The translations under genes and the position numbers were made by a program. DNA of 63,921 bases, the filler included, from Octopus bimaculoides (taxonomy: Eukaryota): assembly GCF_001194135.2 (NCBI RefSeq). It is 7 parts of 6 records of this genome, joined end to end, with 100 filler letters (N's around TTAATTAATTAA, not from the genome) between each part and the next. Parts side by side here need not be neighbours in the genome. Positions count along the whole stretch, not along the records: positions 46,320 to 54,368 come from NC_068983.1; positions 54,469 to 57,785 come from NC_068986.1; positions 57,886 to 62,389 come from NC_068984.1; positions 62,490 to 63,921 come from NW_026387964.1; 3 more parts are not named here. One strand, given 5' to 3'. Positions 52,241-62,870 of the stretch are shown here, in pieces (position 1 is the first letter of the stretch; every line of letters starts with the position of its first letter). Below the pieces are notes generated by a model. That model did no database searches. It saw nothing but the letters and a program-made list of their open reading frames with translations, and had not been told where the DNA came from.

Positions 52241-52370
52241 TATGTACATTCATTAATTACCTACTCTATGCACAGTCATTAATTTACCAACTCTATGTAC
52301 AGTCATTAATTACCTACTCTATGTACAGTCATTAATTACCAACTCTATGTACAGTCATTAATTACCTACT
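52241..52370. repeat. 26-bp minisatellite, about 5 copies
   Basis: Unit CATTAATTACC(T/A)ACTCTATGTACAGT. Confidence 0.92.
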
Positions 52371-53521
52371 ATTTGGGCTTATGAGCTCAAGTCAATGAAA
52401 GCTCATATATGCTATTATCCTTACTTCAAGTAATAGTTTTTAGAGTAGTCCCAACTTTTGCCCCTTCATCAGGCAAAAACGAGAGCCATATTAAACTATT
52501 TTGTACTGGTGAAGAATAAAACATAATGGCTGCATATGTCAGGAAGGTATATATCATACGTGTGTTCCATGTATGAGACCTTTCATGAGGTAAGTCTTAA
52601 ACTAAAATAAACTAAAAGCAAATAACTAGAACAATCAACTCTAACATGGAATGCTTGCGGGAAGAAATATCCGCTAGATCTAAAAAGATTAAAGCTTCAA
52701 GTCAAACCATTTATTCATTAACAAAGAATATGTACTCCTTTATATGCACTGTTAGAATGATCACAGCTAGAACGTCTTTCATCATCGACTTACAAAATCG
52801 CAGGCTACACTGTACTAAATAATAAAATAAAAGCTGCTTTAAACGCTTGCTATATAGAGATAATAGAAAACAGAATTTAGGGCTTTCTTAGCTGTTTGCG
52901 GAGTGAATGCACTCAATGATGTGGACTATTTTAGCAAATTCATTTCGAAGACGTGTACTGAGCGAGGGTGATTCATTGTATATTTTTCATAAGATCTAAT
53001 ATTTTTATTCATTGATGAAAGATGCACAGCATGAAAAGTCAAACTAGTCCTGAAGAGATTTGAACGGTGGCTGATAAATTTACCAGATACATGACTCCAT
53101 TCAATCACTAAGCCAGTCTTCAAAATTATTATGAAAAGCTCGTCTCTAATAGATATTTTATGCACCTTCTTAATTTCTGTACTACCGTTTGCACTGAATA
53201 GGAAAAAAATCAGAACGTAAAATTCTTCGCATAAACATACATTTATATAATATGTGAGTATATGCATATATATGTACATACCTTCATCTACATATATATA
53301 TAGATGCATATCTGGGTACAGGACGACACAAAAGACGTGGACAAGATGAAAAAAAACAGAAAATAAACAGAGCACAGAAAACAAACAGGCCATACACACA
53401 CACATACACACATACACACACACACACTNNNNNNNNNNNNNNNNNNNNNNNNNNNNNNNNNNNNNNNNNNNNNNNNNNNNNNNNNNNNNNNNNNNNNNNN
53501 NNNNNNNNNNNNNNNNNNNNN

Positions 53522-53606
<85 letters not shown>

Positions 53607-53613
53607 ATATATA

Positions 53614-53780
53614 AGCGCAGGCATGGCTGTGTGGTAACAAGTTTCTTTTCCAATTACATTGTGCCTAGTTCAGTCCCACTGGGTGGCAACTTAGTCAAGT
53701 GACTGCTAGTATAGACTCGGTCCGACCGAAGCCGTGTGTGAGGATTTGGTTGACGGAAACTCATAGAAACCTGTGGTATA
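53614..53780 (+). mobile_element. SINE family A head
   Basis: 'gcgcaggcatggctgtgtggtaac...ttcagtcccactg...gaccgaagccgtgtg'. Confidence 0.75.
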
Positions 53781-54265
53781 TATATATACATGCATACATA
53801 TATATACATACATACACATTTATCACATAGAGTGATAAAGAAAATCTGACTGCAAATTCATGTTTAGCACACACGAGTCCATAAAGATAGCATATATTTT
53901 AGTCTGCATAATGAAAAAAAATATTGTACACATTTATCAAAGGCAGACATAATAATCGAATAAACTGAATCCAGAATTGCGAGAGCTGGAACATATACCG
54001 TATAGAAAGTTTTCCGACAAAAGTTTTCATGATTCTGGTGATCAGCTGAAATTCCAGATACATAATTTAGGCACAACATTATCTGTTTTGAGGGATAGCC
54101 TTATTCCATATCATCTCCTTATGCTTGCATATACATATCTATGAATACATAAATACACACAGACACACACACACACAAAACATGAATGTATATATAAACA
54201 TATAGTTAGATACATATGTATGCCTCTCTATGTATTTACAAAAGTAATCACACATATATGTATGA

Positions 54266-54331
54266 TCTAAGGCGCTGTGTTAAGGTCGCAGTCAGGTCTT
54301 CCCCGCGTGGGTTCGGATCCCACTTCTGACA
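54266..54331 (+). pseudogene. 5'-truncated tRNA-Leu (anticodon reads AAG)
   Basis: TCTAAGGCG-CTGTG-TT-AAG-GT-CGCAG, long variable arm, GTGGGTTCGGATCCCAC, TTCTGACA; the 5' acceptor strand and most of the D arm are missing. Confidence 0.85.
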
Positions 54332-54336
54332 ATGCG

Positions 54337-54368
<32 letters not shown>

Positions 54369-54697
54369 NNNNNNNNNNNNNNNNNNNNNNNNNNNNNNNN
54401 NNNNNNNNNNNNTTAATTAATTAANNNNNNNNNNNNNNNNNNNNNNNNNNNNNNNNNNNNNNNNNNNNATATATATATATAGTGTGTAATGCGTGTGTGT
54501 GTATATATATTTATATATATATATTTTTATTTATGGGTTTCAGCCAAGTGGCTGCGGTCATGCTGGTGTATATATATATACATATGTATACATATATATT
54601 GTGTATGTTTATATACATATATACATTTATATATACACACACACATATATATTTATATACACATATATATATATACACACATAGACATGTATATCGC

Positions 54698-54744
<47 letters not shown>

Positions 54745-54789
54745 ATCCATAAGTCTGTCAGTATTTTTTTTCTGTTCACAGTTCATTGT

Positions 54790-54842
54790 TAAACGCTGAC
54801 TCACATATGGGACGCCCTACACCAATCTCTTTCTCTCTCTCC

Positions 54843-54884
<42 letters not shown>

Positions 54885-55375
54885 CTCATCTTCACTCTCT
54901 AAATGTACAAGCATAGATGCATATATTGTGCGTATGCATAAACATACCCTTACAAATATATACATATATATATATATATACAAACACACACACAAACACA
55001 CACACACTATGAAGTGAACGTTTCTAAAAAAGCAGCAGCAGCAGCAGCAGTAGCAGCCGGAATTAGGTGTGTGTGGGTGGGTGTGCTGTTGGCTGGATGT
55101 CGACTGCACAAGGCACTGCTGCTCCCCGCTGAGTTCGTTCATCTTCTCCATCCGCTGTTTGCTTCAGCCTGCTGCCTTATAAACCACCAGTCACTCCAGC
55201 CTGCTTAGGAACCACCCTTATTAATGATAATTACAAGCCACCCTTATTTTTACTAACTCTGTCGGCTGACGTGGTAAGGCAGAGAACAGCGTCTACGAAC
55301 GAGATCGCAGCAACCTGTTAGATGGAGCAGGTTGAGTGTCCCTCACATTACACGTCGTGGCGTGTTCGTGATCGG
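54790..55375. promoter_or_regulatory. Candidate promoter/enhancer island
   Basis: Unique-looking CpG-rich DNA with TGACTCA (54797), CCAAT (54822), TATAAA (55178), 2x CCACCCTTATT (55212, 55238) and TGACGTGG (55267); motif matches only. Confidence 0.4.
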
Positions 55376-55801
55376 GAGGAAGGCGGGAGGGGAGGAGGAG
55401 GAGGGAGAGAAGGAGGAGGAGGAGGAGGAGGAGAAGAAGAAGAAGAAGAAGAAGAAGAAGAAGGAGGAGGAGGGGGGATNNNNNNNNNNNNNNNNNNNNN
55501 NNNNNNNNNNNNNNNNNNNNNNNNNNNNNNNNNNNNNNNNNNNNNNNNNNNNNNNNNNNNNNNNNNNNNNNNNNNNNNNNNNNNNNNNNNNNNNNNNNNN
55601 NNNNNNNNNNNNNNNNNNNNNNNNNNNNNNNNNNNNNNNNNNNNNNNNNNNNNNNNNNNNNNNNNNNNNNNNNNNNNNNNNNNNNNNNNNNNNNNNNNGA
55701 CGAAGAAGGAGGAAGAGGAGGAGGAGGAGGAGGAGGAGGAAGAAGGGAGAAGAAGAAGAAGAAGAAGAAGAAGAAGAAGAAGAAGAAGAAGAAGAAGAAG
55801 A
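55376..55801. repeat. (GGA)n/(GAA)n polypurine tract (gapped)
   Basis: Direct reading. Confidence 0.9.
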
Positions 55802-55835
55802 ATATCGTTCAGAAAATACGACATTCGCAAATAAC

Positions 55836-55867
<32 letters not shown>

Positions 55868-56570
55868 GAAACACTTAATTGCCCTGTTCTTAATAAATTT
55901 GAAAACCGAACGTGATTGTCGCGGCTGTAATAGGTTTGACCAGAGGTTGACCCTGGGTTAAACAGCAACAGCCATTCTCCATGTGTTGGAATGACCATTA
56001 TTGTAAGAACTGGTGCCGCTAAAACCAAAGCGAAAAAGACACGAGCTTTGCTGTTTTTTGTTTAATGTTTCTCACACATTTCGATTGATATTCAAAACGC
56101 AACTAATGGACACCTCGCCATCTTCATAGATTATCCCGACCCACGGGATCGAATTCACCCATCAGCTAGTACGTATCTTGTTGGAGAAACCTCACCTGTT
56201 ATGTTTATAGGGGAAACAAGAAACCCCAGGTGATACAGGTTGAGTCACTGTCCTGCTCGGGATTAAGCTCACCCTCTTTACAAATGCCTACAGTTGCCTA
56301 GTTAGACTAGGGGTTGGTTCTCAGCCCCTTTTTATCTATGGACCCACACTACAATAGGATGGCTGAGGTACTTTGAACAGTAGAGTCTGGCATAGACTCT
56401 ATCAAATAGGTAAAAAGGACAGAAGCCACGGTTGGAATTGGTACAACTTAAATCATGTTAGCACGACCGACGCTGACCTGGAACTAAACCACCACCACCA
56501 CCACAGCAACAACAATAAAAGCAACAACAACAATATATATTATCTATTGTGAAGATTGCCAAAACCAAGT

Positions 56571-57188
56571 AGGCGCAGGCATGGCTGCCTGGTACGAATT
56601 TTGCTTCCCAACCACATGGTTCCGGGTTCAATGCCATTATGTGGCACATTGGGGAAGTATCTTCTACTATGGCCACGCTGATTAAAGTTTTGTGCGTGGA
56701 TTTGCTAGATGAAAACTGAATGAAGCCCGTCGTATATATATATATCTGTCTCTCTAGCCATCCATTCATACATACATCTTGGCACTCCGTCGATTGCGAC
56801 GACGAAGGTTCCAGTTGATTCGATCAACGGAACAGCCGGCTCGTGAAATTAACGTGCAAGTGGCTGAGTACTCCACAAACACGTGTACCCTTAACGTAGT
56901 TCTCGGGGAGATTCGACGTGACACGGAGTGTGACAAGGCCGGCCCCTTTGAATTACAGGCACAACAGAAACAGGAAGAAAGAGTGAGAGAAAGTTGTGGT
57001 GAAAGAGTACAGCAGGGTTCGCCACCATCCCCTGCCGGAGCCTCGTGGAGCTTTAGGTGTTTTTGCTCAATAAACACTCACAACGCCCGGTCTTGGAATC
57101 GAAACCGCGATCCTACGAGCGCGAGTCCACTGCCCTAAAAACACTGGGCCATTACGCCTCCACTATGCATACATAATGCATAAATACA

Positions 57189-57219
<31 letters not shown>

Positions 57220-57415
57220 GTGTATGTTTGTGTCTGTACTTGTACTCAACCACCGCTTGATAGCCAGTGTTGGTTTGTTTACGTCCAAGTAACTTAAAGA
57301 TTCGGCAAAAGAAAAAAGTGTGGTGGTGTGGGGTGTATTCGATTCGTTTGACTAAAAATTCTTCAAGGCATTGGCCCCAGCATGGCCGCAGTCTAGAGGA
57401 ACTAGAACGATGGAA
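56571..57415 (+). mobile_element. SINE family A split by another SINE in its internal microsatellite
   Basis: Head at 56571-56735 and tail at ~57240-57415, same orientation. Confidence 0.75.
56779..57161 (-). mobile_element. tRNA-derived SINE: head H1 plus tail X
   Basis: Head matches 29895-30138; tail matches 44265-44440. Confidence 0.85.
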
Positions 57416-58059
57416 GTTAATCATAGAGGGCAGAGTTTGTTGAATATTTTGAACGGGTGTCGCTGAAGGAGAGAAAAGAAATGAAAAGGAGAGAGTAAGG
57501 CAACGACTAAGGGAGGAGGAGGAGGAGAGATAATGAACATGGTATGAGAGAGAGAGAGAGAGAGAGGGGGAGTGAAAGAGAGAGAGAGTTTGGTTGAGTT
57601 GGTTCTGGTGAGAAAAGAAGAGGAATAGATATGACGTTGAGGGATTGACCGTTGAAGACAAGGAAAGGGGTGATGGCTTTTGGTTGTTGGTGGTGGTGGT
57701 GGGAGGAGGAGGAGGAGATTTGATGATATAGAAGGGAAGAGGAAGAATAAGAAGATGAATATCAACATAGAACATAGAGACAGCCNNNNNNNNNNNNNNN
57801 NNNNNNNNNNNNNNNNNNNNNNNNNNNNNTTAATTAATTAANNNNNNNNNNNNNNNNNNNNNNNNNNNNNNNNNNNNNNNNNNNNGAAAGAAAGAAATTA
57901 GCAGAAAATTAAAAATGTAGAAATATAGTGCGATAGATGGATGGGAATAAAGATTAAAGGCGTAGAAATAGATATATTTGGTGGAAGTGAAATGTAAGAA
58001 GACAGTTAAAGATCGAATTTTATAGAGTGGTAGAAATCACTGATAGAAACTAAAGGTAT

Positions 58060-58620
58060 GTTTTTGTCAATGTTTGAAATGATAAACGCGTTCTTTAAAC
58101 TTGATTAGAATGAAATACAGTTCATTACAGAGCGAACACAAAGATTTATCTTTTTCATATGGAAATGATTTAGATAGAATATTCCATTCTGAATCAAATT
58201 GTTTATTATGCTCCTTTAGAGACCAAATTAATTTACTAAGCCCAGTATTGTTACGTTTATTGATATGTCTAAATGCAGAGTAATGATTAGATATTCTTTT
58301 GGACAACTGTGATGAAGAACTACCTATATAAAAAAGATGTCAGAACCGGAAGTGATTTTACGTTGATAAATAAAGTTTCTAGTCTTAGAATTACTACTAA
58401 GGAAATGAATGCCATTGGAATTTATATCAGAAATACCACTATTGTTGCTATTATTATTCAACTTATGGTTACTGTTAATAATATCAATGTTACTATTTTC
58501 ATTAAGTGGATTTGTATTTAACAACTTATTGTTATGTAAAGAGAAGATTTATGAAAGGTTTTTCGTGTTTGAAAACCCTATCCTGATTCGGTGTGAATTA
58601 ATAATGGAATAGTATCTTGA
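58060..58620 (-). mobile_element. Penelope-like GIY-YIG endonuclease C-terminal fragment
   Basis: ISNHYSAFRH...TGLSKLIWSLKE...EWNILSK..PY...CSLCNE. Confidence 0.8.
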
Positions 58621-58624
58621 ATTT

Positions 58625-58792
58625 TTTGGGAAGAACAAATCAACCCCAGAACATATTCTTTGTAAGCCTAGTACTTACTCTATCGGACTCTTTTGATGAA
58701 CCGCTTAGTTACAGAGACATAAACATACCAACATCAGTTGTCAAGTGATGGTGGTGGTGGTGGTGGGCAAGCACAAGCACAAATACATAAAT

Positions 58793-58841
<49 letters not shown>

Positions 58842-59357
58842 NNNNNNNNNNNNNNNNNNNNNNNNNNNNNNNNNNNNNNNNNNNNNNNNNNNNNNNNNNN
58901 NNNNNNNNNNNNNNNNNNNNNNNNNNNNNNNNNNNNNNNNNNNNNNNNNNNNNNNNNNNNNNNNNNNNNNNNNNNNNNNNNNNNNNNNNNNNNNNNNNNN
59001 NNNNNNNNNNNNNNNNNNNNNNNNNNNNNNNNNNNNNNNNNNNNNNNNNNNNNNNNNNNNNNNNNNNNNNNNNNNNNNNNNNNNNNNNNNNNNNNNNNNN
59101 NNNNNNNNNNNNNNNNNNNNNNNNNNNNNNNNNNNNNNNNNNNNNNNNNNNNNNNNNNNNNNNNNNNNNNNNNNNNNNNNNNNNNNNNNNNNNNNNNNNN
59201 NNNNNNNNNNNNNNNNNNNNNNNNNNNNNNNNNNNNNNNNNNNNNNNNNNNNNNNNNNNNNNNNNNNNNNNNNNNNNNNNNNNNNNNNNNNNNNNNNNNN
59301 NNNNNNNNNNNNNNNNNNNNNNNNNNNNNNNNNNNNNNNNNNNNNNNNNNNNNNNNN

Positions 59358-59403
<46 letters not shown>

Positions 59404-59570
59404 ATGAACATATATATATATGATGGGCTTTTTCAGTTTCCATCTACCAAATCCACTCACAAGGCTTTGGTTGGCCTGAGGCTATAGTATAAGACACAAA
59501 GTGCCATGCAGTGAGACTGAAACCAGAACCATACGGTTGCTAAGCAAGCTTCTTACCACACAGCCACTTC
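58625..59570 (-). mobile_element. SINE family A spanning an N-gap
   Basis: Tail at 58625-58790, head at 59420-59570. Confidence 0.75.
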
Positions 59571-60150
59571 TATGCTATAATTTTTTTTTAGAGATATATT
59601 TTCTCCATATATACCGAAGCGCTCAAGACATTTGAGCCATTGGAAAATAGGAAAAATAATGATGAGAAACAAAAGACTGGTTACCAATAAGCATATCGTA
59701 AAATATATTCCGTTATAAAAATTATGTGCACAAAGTCATACAATGAAAGTATACAGATATATAAGTACATTAAAAATTCATTAAAATATATAAATATATC
59801 ACTACAAATACTCTAAGAATATATTAAGATTATACAGACACTCAATTGTGACAAATATGCAATAACTAGCACTTAGGTATGAATAATTGGGTACACTACC
59901 AGCAGTATATTGGGTAGGTACTATCTCTTAGTTGGTTTCTCAACCTCTAACTCACACACAGCAATAAGAAAATGGAGGGGAATATGTGGTACTCATCAAC
60001 TTGCAGGCACTGTACTATGTTAATTAACCTATTTATTTTTCAACCAAAAGGACAATAAAGACAATATACGAACACATATGACACACTATGTCATATCAAC
60101 AATTAAAAATTCAAAATTCAAAAAGACATCTGGTGACCGGAGAAGGGACA

Positions 60151-60286
60151 AAGTCTTACAGCTGTTTCAGCCTAGAGGTGGCATGCCCCATTCTATCTAT
60201 ATAACTCCAGTAAGCTGGAGTAATTGGTAGATGAAAAGGAAGCAATGGAGGTACATGCATGATTAACTAGGCCTCTTCAGAGATTT
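60151..60286 (-). ncRNA. Type I hammerhead ribozyme with a 91-nt stem II loop, intact core
   Basis: Minus strand AAATCT-CTGAAGA-GGCCTAG[91 nt]CTAGGCT-GAA-AC[AGCT]GT-A-AGACTT; stem II 7 bp, stem I 5 of 6 pairs, GUA triplet at plus-strand 60157-60159. Confidence 0.7.
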
Positions 60287-60830
60287 ACAAAGTTCAGTTC
60301 ATGAAGTTTACAAAATTCAAATATAAATATAAAAATATAAAAGCATATAAAAAAACATATAAAAAGCCATAAAAACTCACATATATATGCATATGTATGC
60401 ATACTTTAACATATACAGATATATATAAATACATAAACATAAATACATGACTACCTATATATGTGCTTAGATTTACATACATAAATGTCTATACATGCAC
60501 ACCAAAGAGTCAAATGTTATTGTTACTATATATGAGGAGGATAGACACATATATATACCCACCCACACATACATACATACATACACATATGAATATATAA
60601 ACACTCCCATACATACATGTCCCTGGTACATACACTTTTAGTTGCGTTTGGAAAGGAGGACTGGTGCAACGGTTCTTATCACCACATTTTCGGCACACTG
60701 TTCTGAACTATATGTATATATATATTTGTTTATAAGCGAAATCCCATAAATAATGTGTGTTTTTTTCAATTGCATGAACTAAAAGTGAGAGGGGACGGGA
60801 TAAATTACCTGCATCAACTTGCTATAAAAG

Positions 60831-61052
60831 CAGGTAGTAATTTTACCAGCAGGTAGTAATTTTACCAACAGGTAGTAATTTTACCACCAGGTAGTAATTT
60901 TACCACCAGGTAGTAANNNNNNNNNNAATTTTACCACCAGGTAGTAATTTTACCAGCAGGTAGTAATTTTACCAACAGGTAGTAATTTTACCACCAGGTA
61001 GTAATTTTACCACCAGGTAGTAATTTTACCACCAGGTAGTAATTTTACCAGC
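60831..61052. repeat. 19-bp minisatellite
   Basis: Unit CAGGTAGTAATTTTACCA(G/A/C), with a 10-N gap inside. Confidence 0.92.
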
Positions 61053-61176
61053 ACAAGTTTGTTTTGTTAGGATTGTTTTGTACTGAAGATTGTTTTGTGC
61101 TGAGGAGTATGTTGTGCTGCTTTGCAGCATTTTTTATGTGTGGCACCATCTTTATTTGGTGGACTGTCACAGATGA

Positions 61177-61930
61177 GCAAAATGAAGAGCTATGCGGCAG
61201 CAACAGGAAGTCAGGGTTCTGTCGTCCTGGGTATGCTGCAACAGAATGAACTGCATTGTGATTTGGACCTGCTCCGGAAATATCAACATATGGTAAAGAG
61301 GGAGGGGTCGAACACAAAGTTGACCCCTCCAGAGGAAGGCAAGGTGAAGATAAAAAGCAAAGCGATAATTTATAGAACTATTTCAAAAAAAAGGTAAGAA
61401 GCTCGAGAATACAATGCAGGAGGAGGTGGACGAATGTCTGGAAAAATTAAATGAAAGCATAACGTTTTATGCCAGAGGAAAAAATACGCTTCAGTGGCAG
61501 TTACCTTTGTCTCAGAAGAGGAGGCAAAAAGACACTCCCCTAAGGTGGTACATGGAGAAAAATGGACACTCCTGCCCACTTACCTGGGTAAACGAGTTAC
61601 CTGAATTATAGTGGGCAGGATCCCACCTAGAATAGATCCACAATGGATAATAGCGGCAATTTTCACCGCAAGAGAGAAAGGAGACAATGAGGAGGTGAAA
61701 GTAATAATGATGAACCGGAACCAACAAGTAAATTGTTGGGGCTACGGAGTTGAGATAATTTTTATGGTGAATCAAAAAGAGTACGAAGCTATACCAGAAA
61801 CATTGGAGCTGCCCGATGAGGACAAACTAGATGTCATGTTAGAGGGGAGGCCTCCGACGTGTCACGAGTGCAGATAGAAGGGGCACATTAGAAGAAGGTG
61901 TCCACAAAAAATGATAGAAACCACAGAAAT
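61177..61930 (+). mobile_element. L1/Tx1-type ORF1 (gag-like) fragment with a CCHC knuckle
   Basis: MSKMKSYAAA start region, ...EGRPPTCHECR*KGHIRRRCP (C-x2-C-x4-H-x4-C at 61860-61904); frameshifts and a stop. Confidence 0.7.
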
Positions 61931-62224
61931 AGAAACACAAGAAGGCGTAATGGAAGTGGAGAGGAGGACCCAGGAAGTGGAACAGAGCATAAAGTTTATG
62001 GAGACCAAAACAAGAAAGAGAGAGAGGATGAGTTCACCACCTCAAACGGAGCAATAACAGAAGAAACATAAAGCACAAGAGGAAGTGGACCAACCAACAA
62101 CGACAAGTAGAAGAAAAATTCCACAAGCAGAACAGCAACACCAAGCAAACATGCAGACTTACAATCACACAAGCATATATACATATACATATATGAATAT
62201 ATATATATATATATATATACATAT

Positions 62225-62388
62225 ATACGACAGGCTTCTTTCAGTTTCCGTCTACCAAATTCACTCACAAGGCTTTGGTCGGCCCGAGGCTATAGTAGAA
62301 GACACTTGCCCAAGGTGCCACGCAGTGGGACTGAACCCAGAACCATGTGGCTGGTAAGCAAGCTACTTACCACACAGCCACTCCTATA
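62225..62388 (-). mobile_element. SINE family A head, young with CpGs intact
   Basis: Close to the window consensus. Confidence 0.9.
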
Positions 62389-62539
62389 TNNNNNNNNNNN
62401 NNNNNNNNNNNNNNNNNNNNNNNNNNNNNNNNNTTAATTAATTAANNNNNNNNNNNNNNNNNNNNNNNNNNNNNNNNNNNNNNNNNNNNCTGAACCACGA
62501 ACCATGTGGTTCGTAAGCAAGCTACTTACCACACAGCCA

Positions 62540-62870
62540 ATGAAGGCAGAGTTTGAACAGAGAAACAACAATGATAAAACATATATGATATCCAGATGTA
62601 TTGACAATTGATGTGCGACATGTCAGGTTATACATACATACTGGTCAGTATATCAGCACACAAAAAAGATGCAAATATAAATTGCAAAATCAGAAATCTA
62701 GTATATGAAATACCCGAATTGTGGAGAAATATATATTGACCAGACGGGAATCTCATGATCAGAACGCACACAAGTACACTGCCAACAAATAAGGGACCCT
62801 GGTGTTTGTCAGATCCCATTGAGCAATCATTGTGGTAAGAAAATGTTTTGAGAAAGCTTAAACCCGTTTT
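62540..62870 (+). mobile_element. Penelope-like GIY-YIG fragment (different subfamily)
   Basis: NLVY...PNCGEIYIDQTG...HCQQIRDP across frameshifts. Confidence 0.65.

Noticed and set aside
52241-52370. CRISPR-like periodicity (also 60831-61052 and 22418-22490)
   Set aside because: Contiguous repeats without unique spacers, no cas genes, eukaryotic context
52926-53200. Minus-strand acceptor followed by a ~90-codon open frame
   Set aside because: No recognisable domain or coding-like composition; could still be a UTR or lncRNA exon
55322-55961. Acidic/basic low-complexity ORFs
   Set aside because: Translations of GGA/GAA repeats across a gap
40293-59487. Long ORFs made mostly of X
   Set aside because: They run through N gaps
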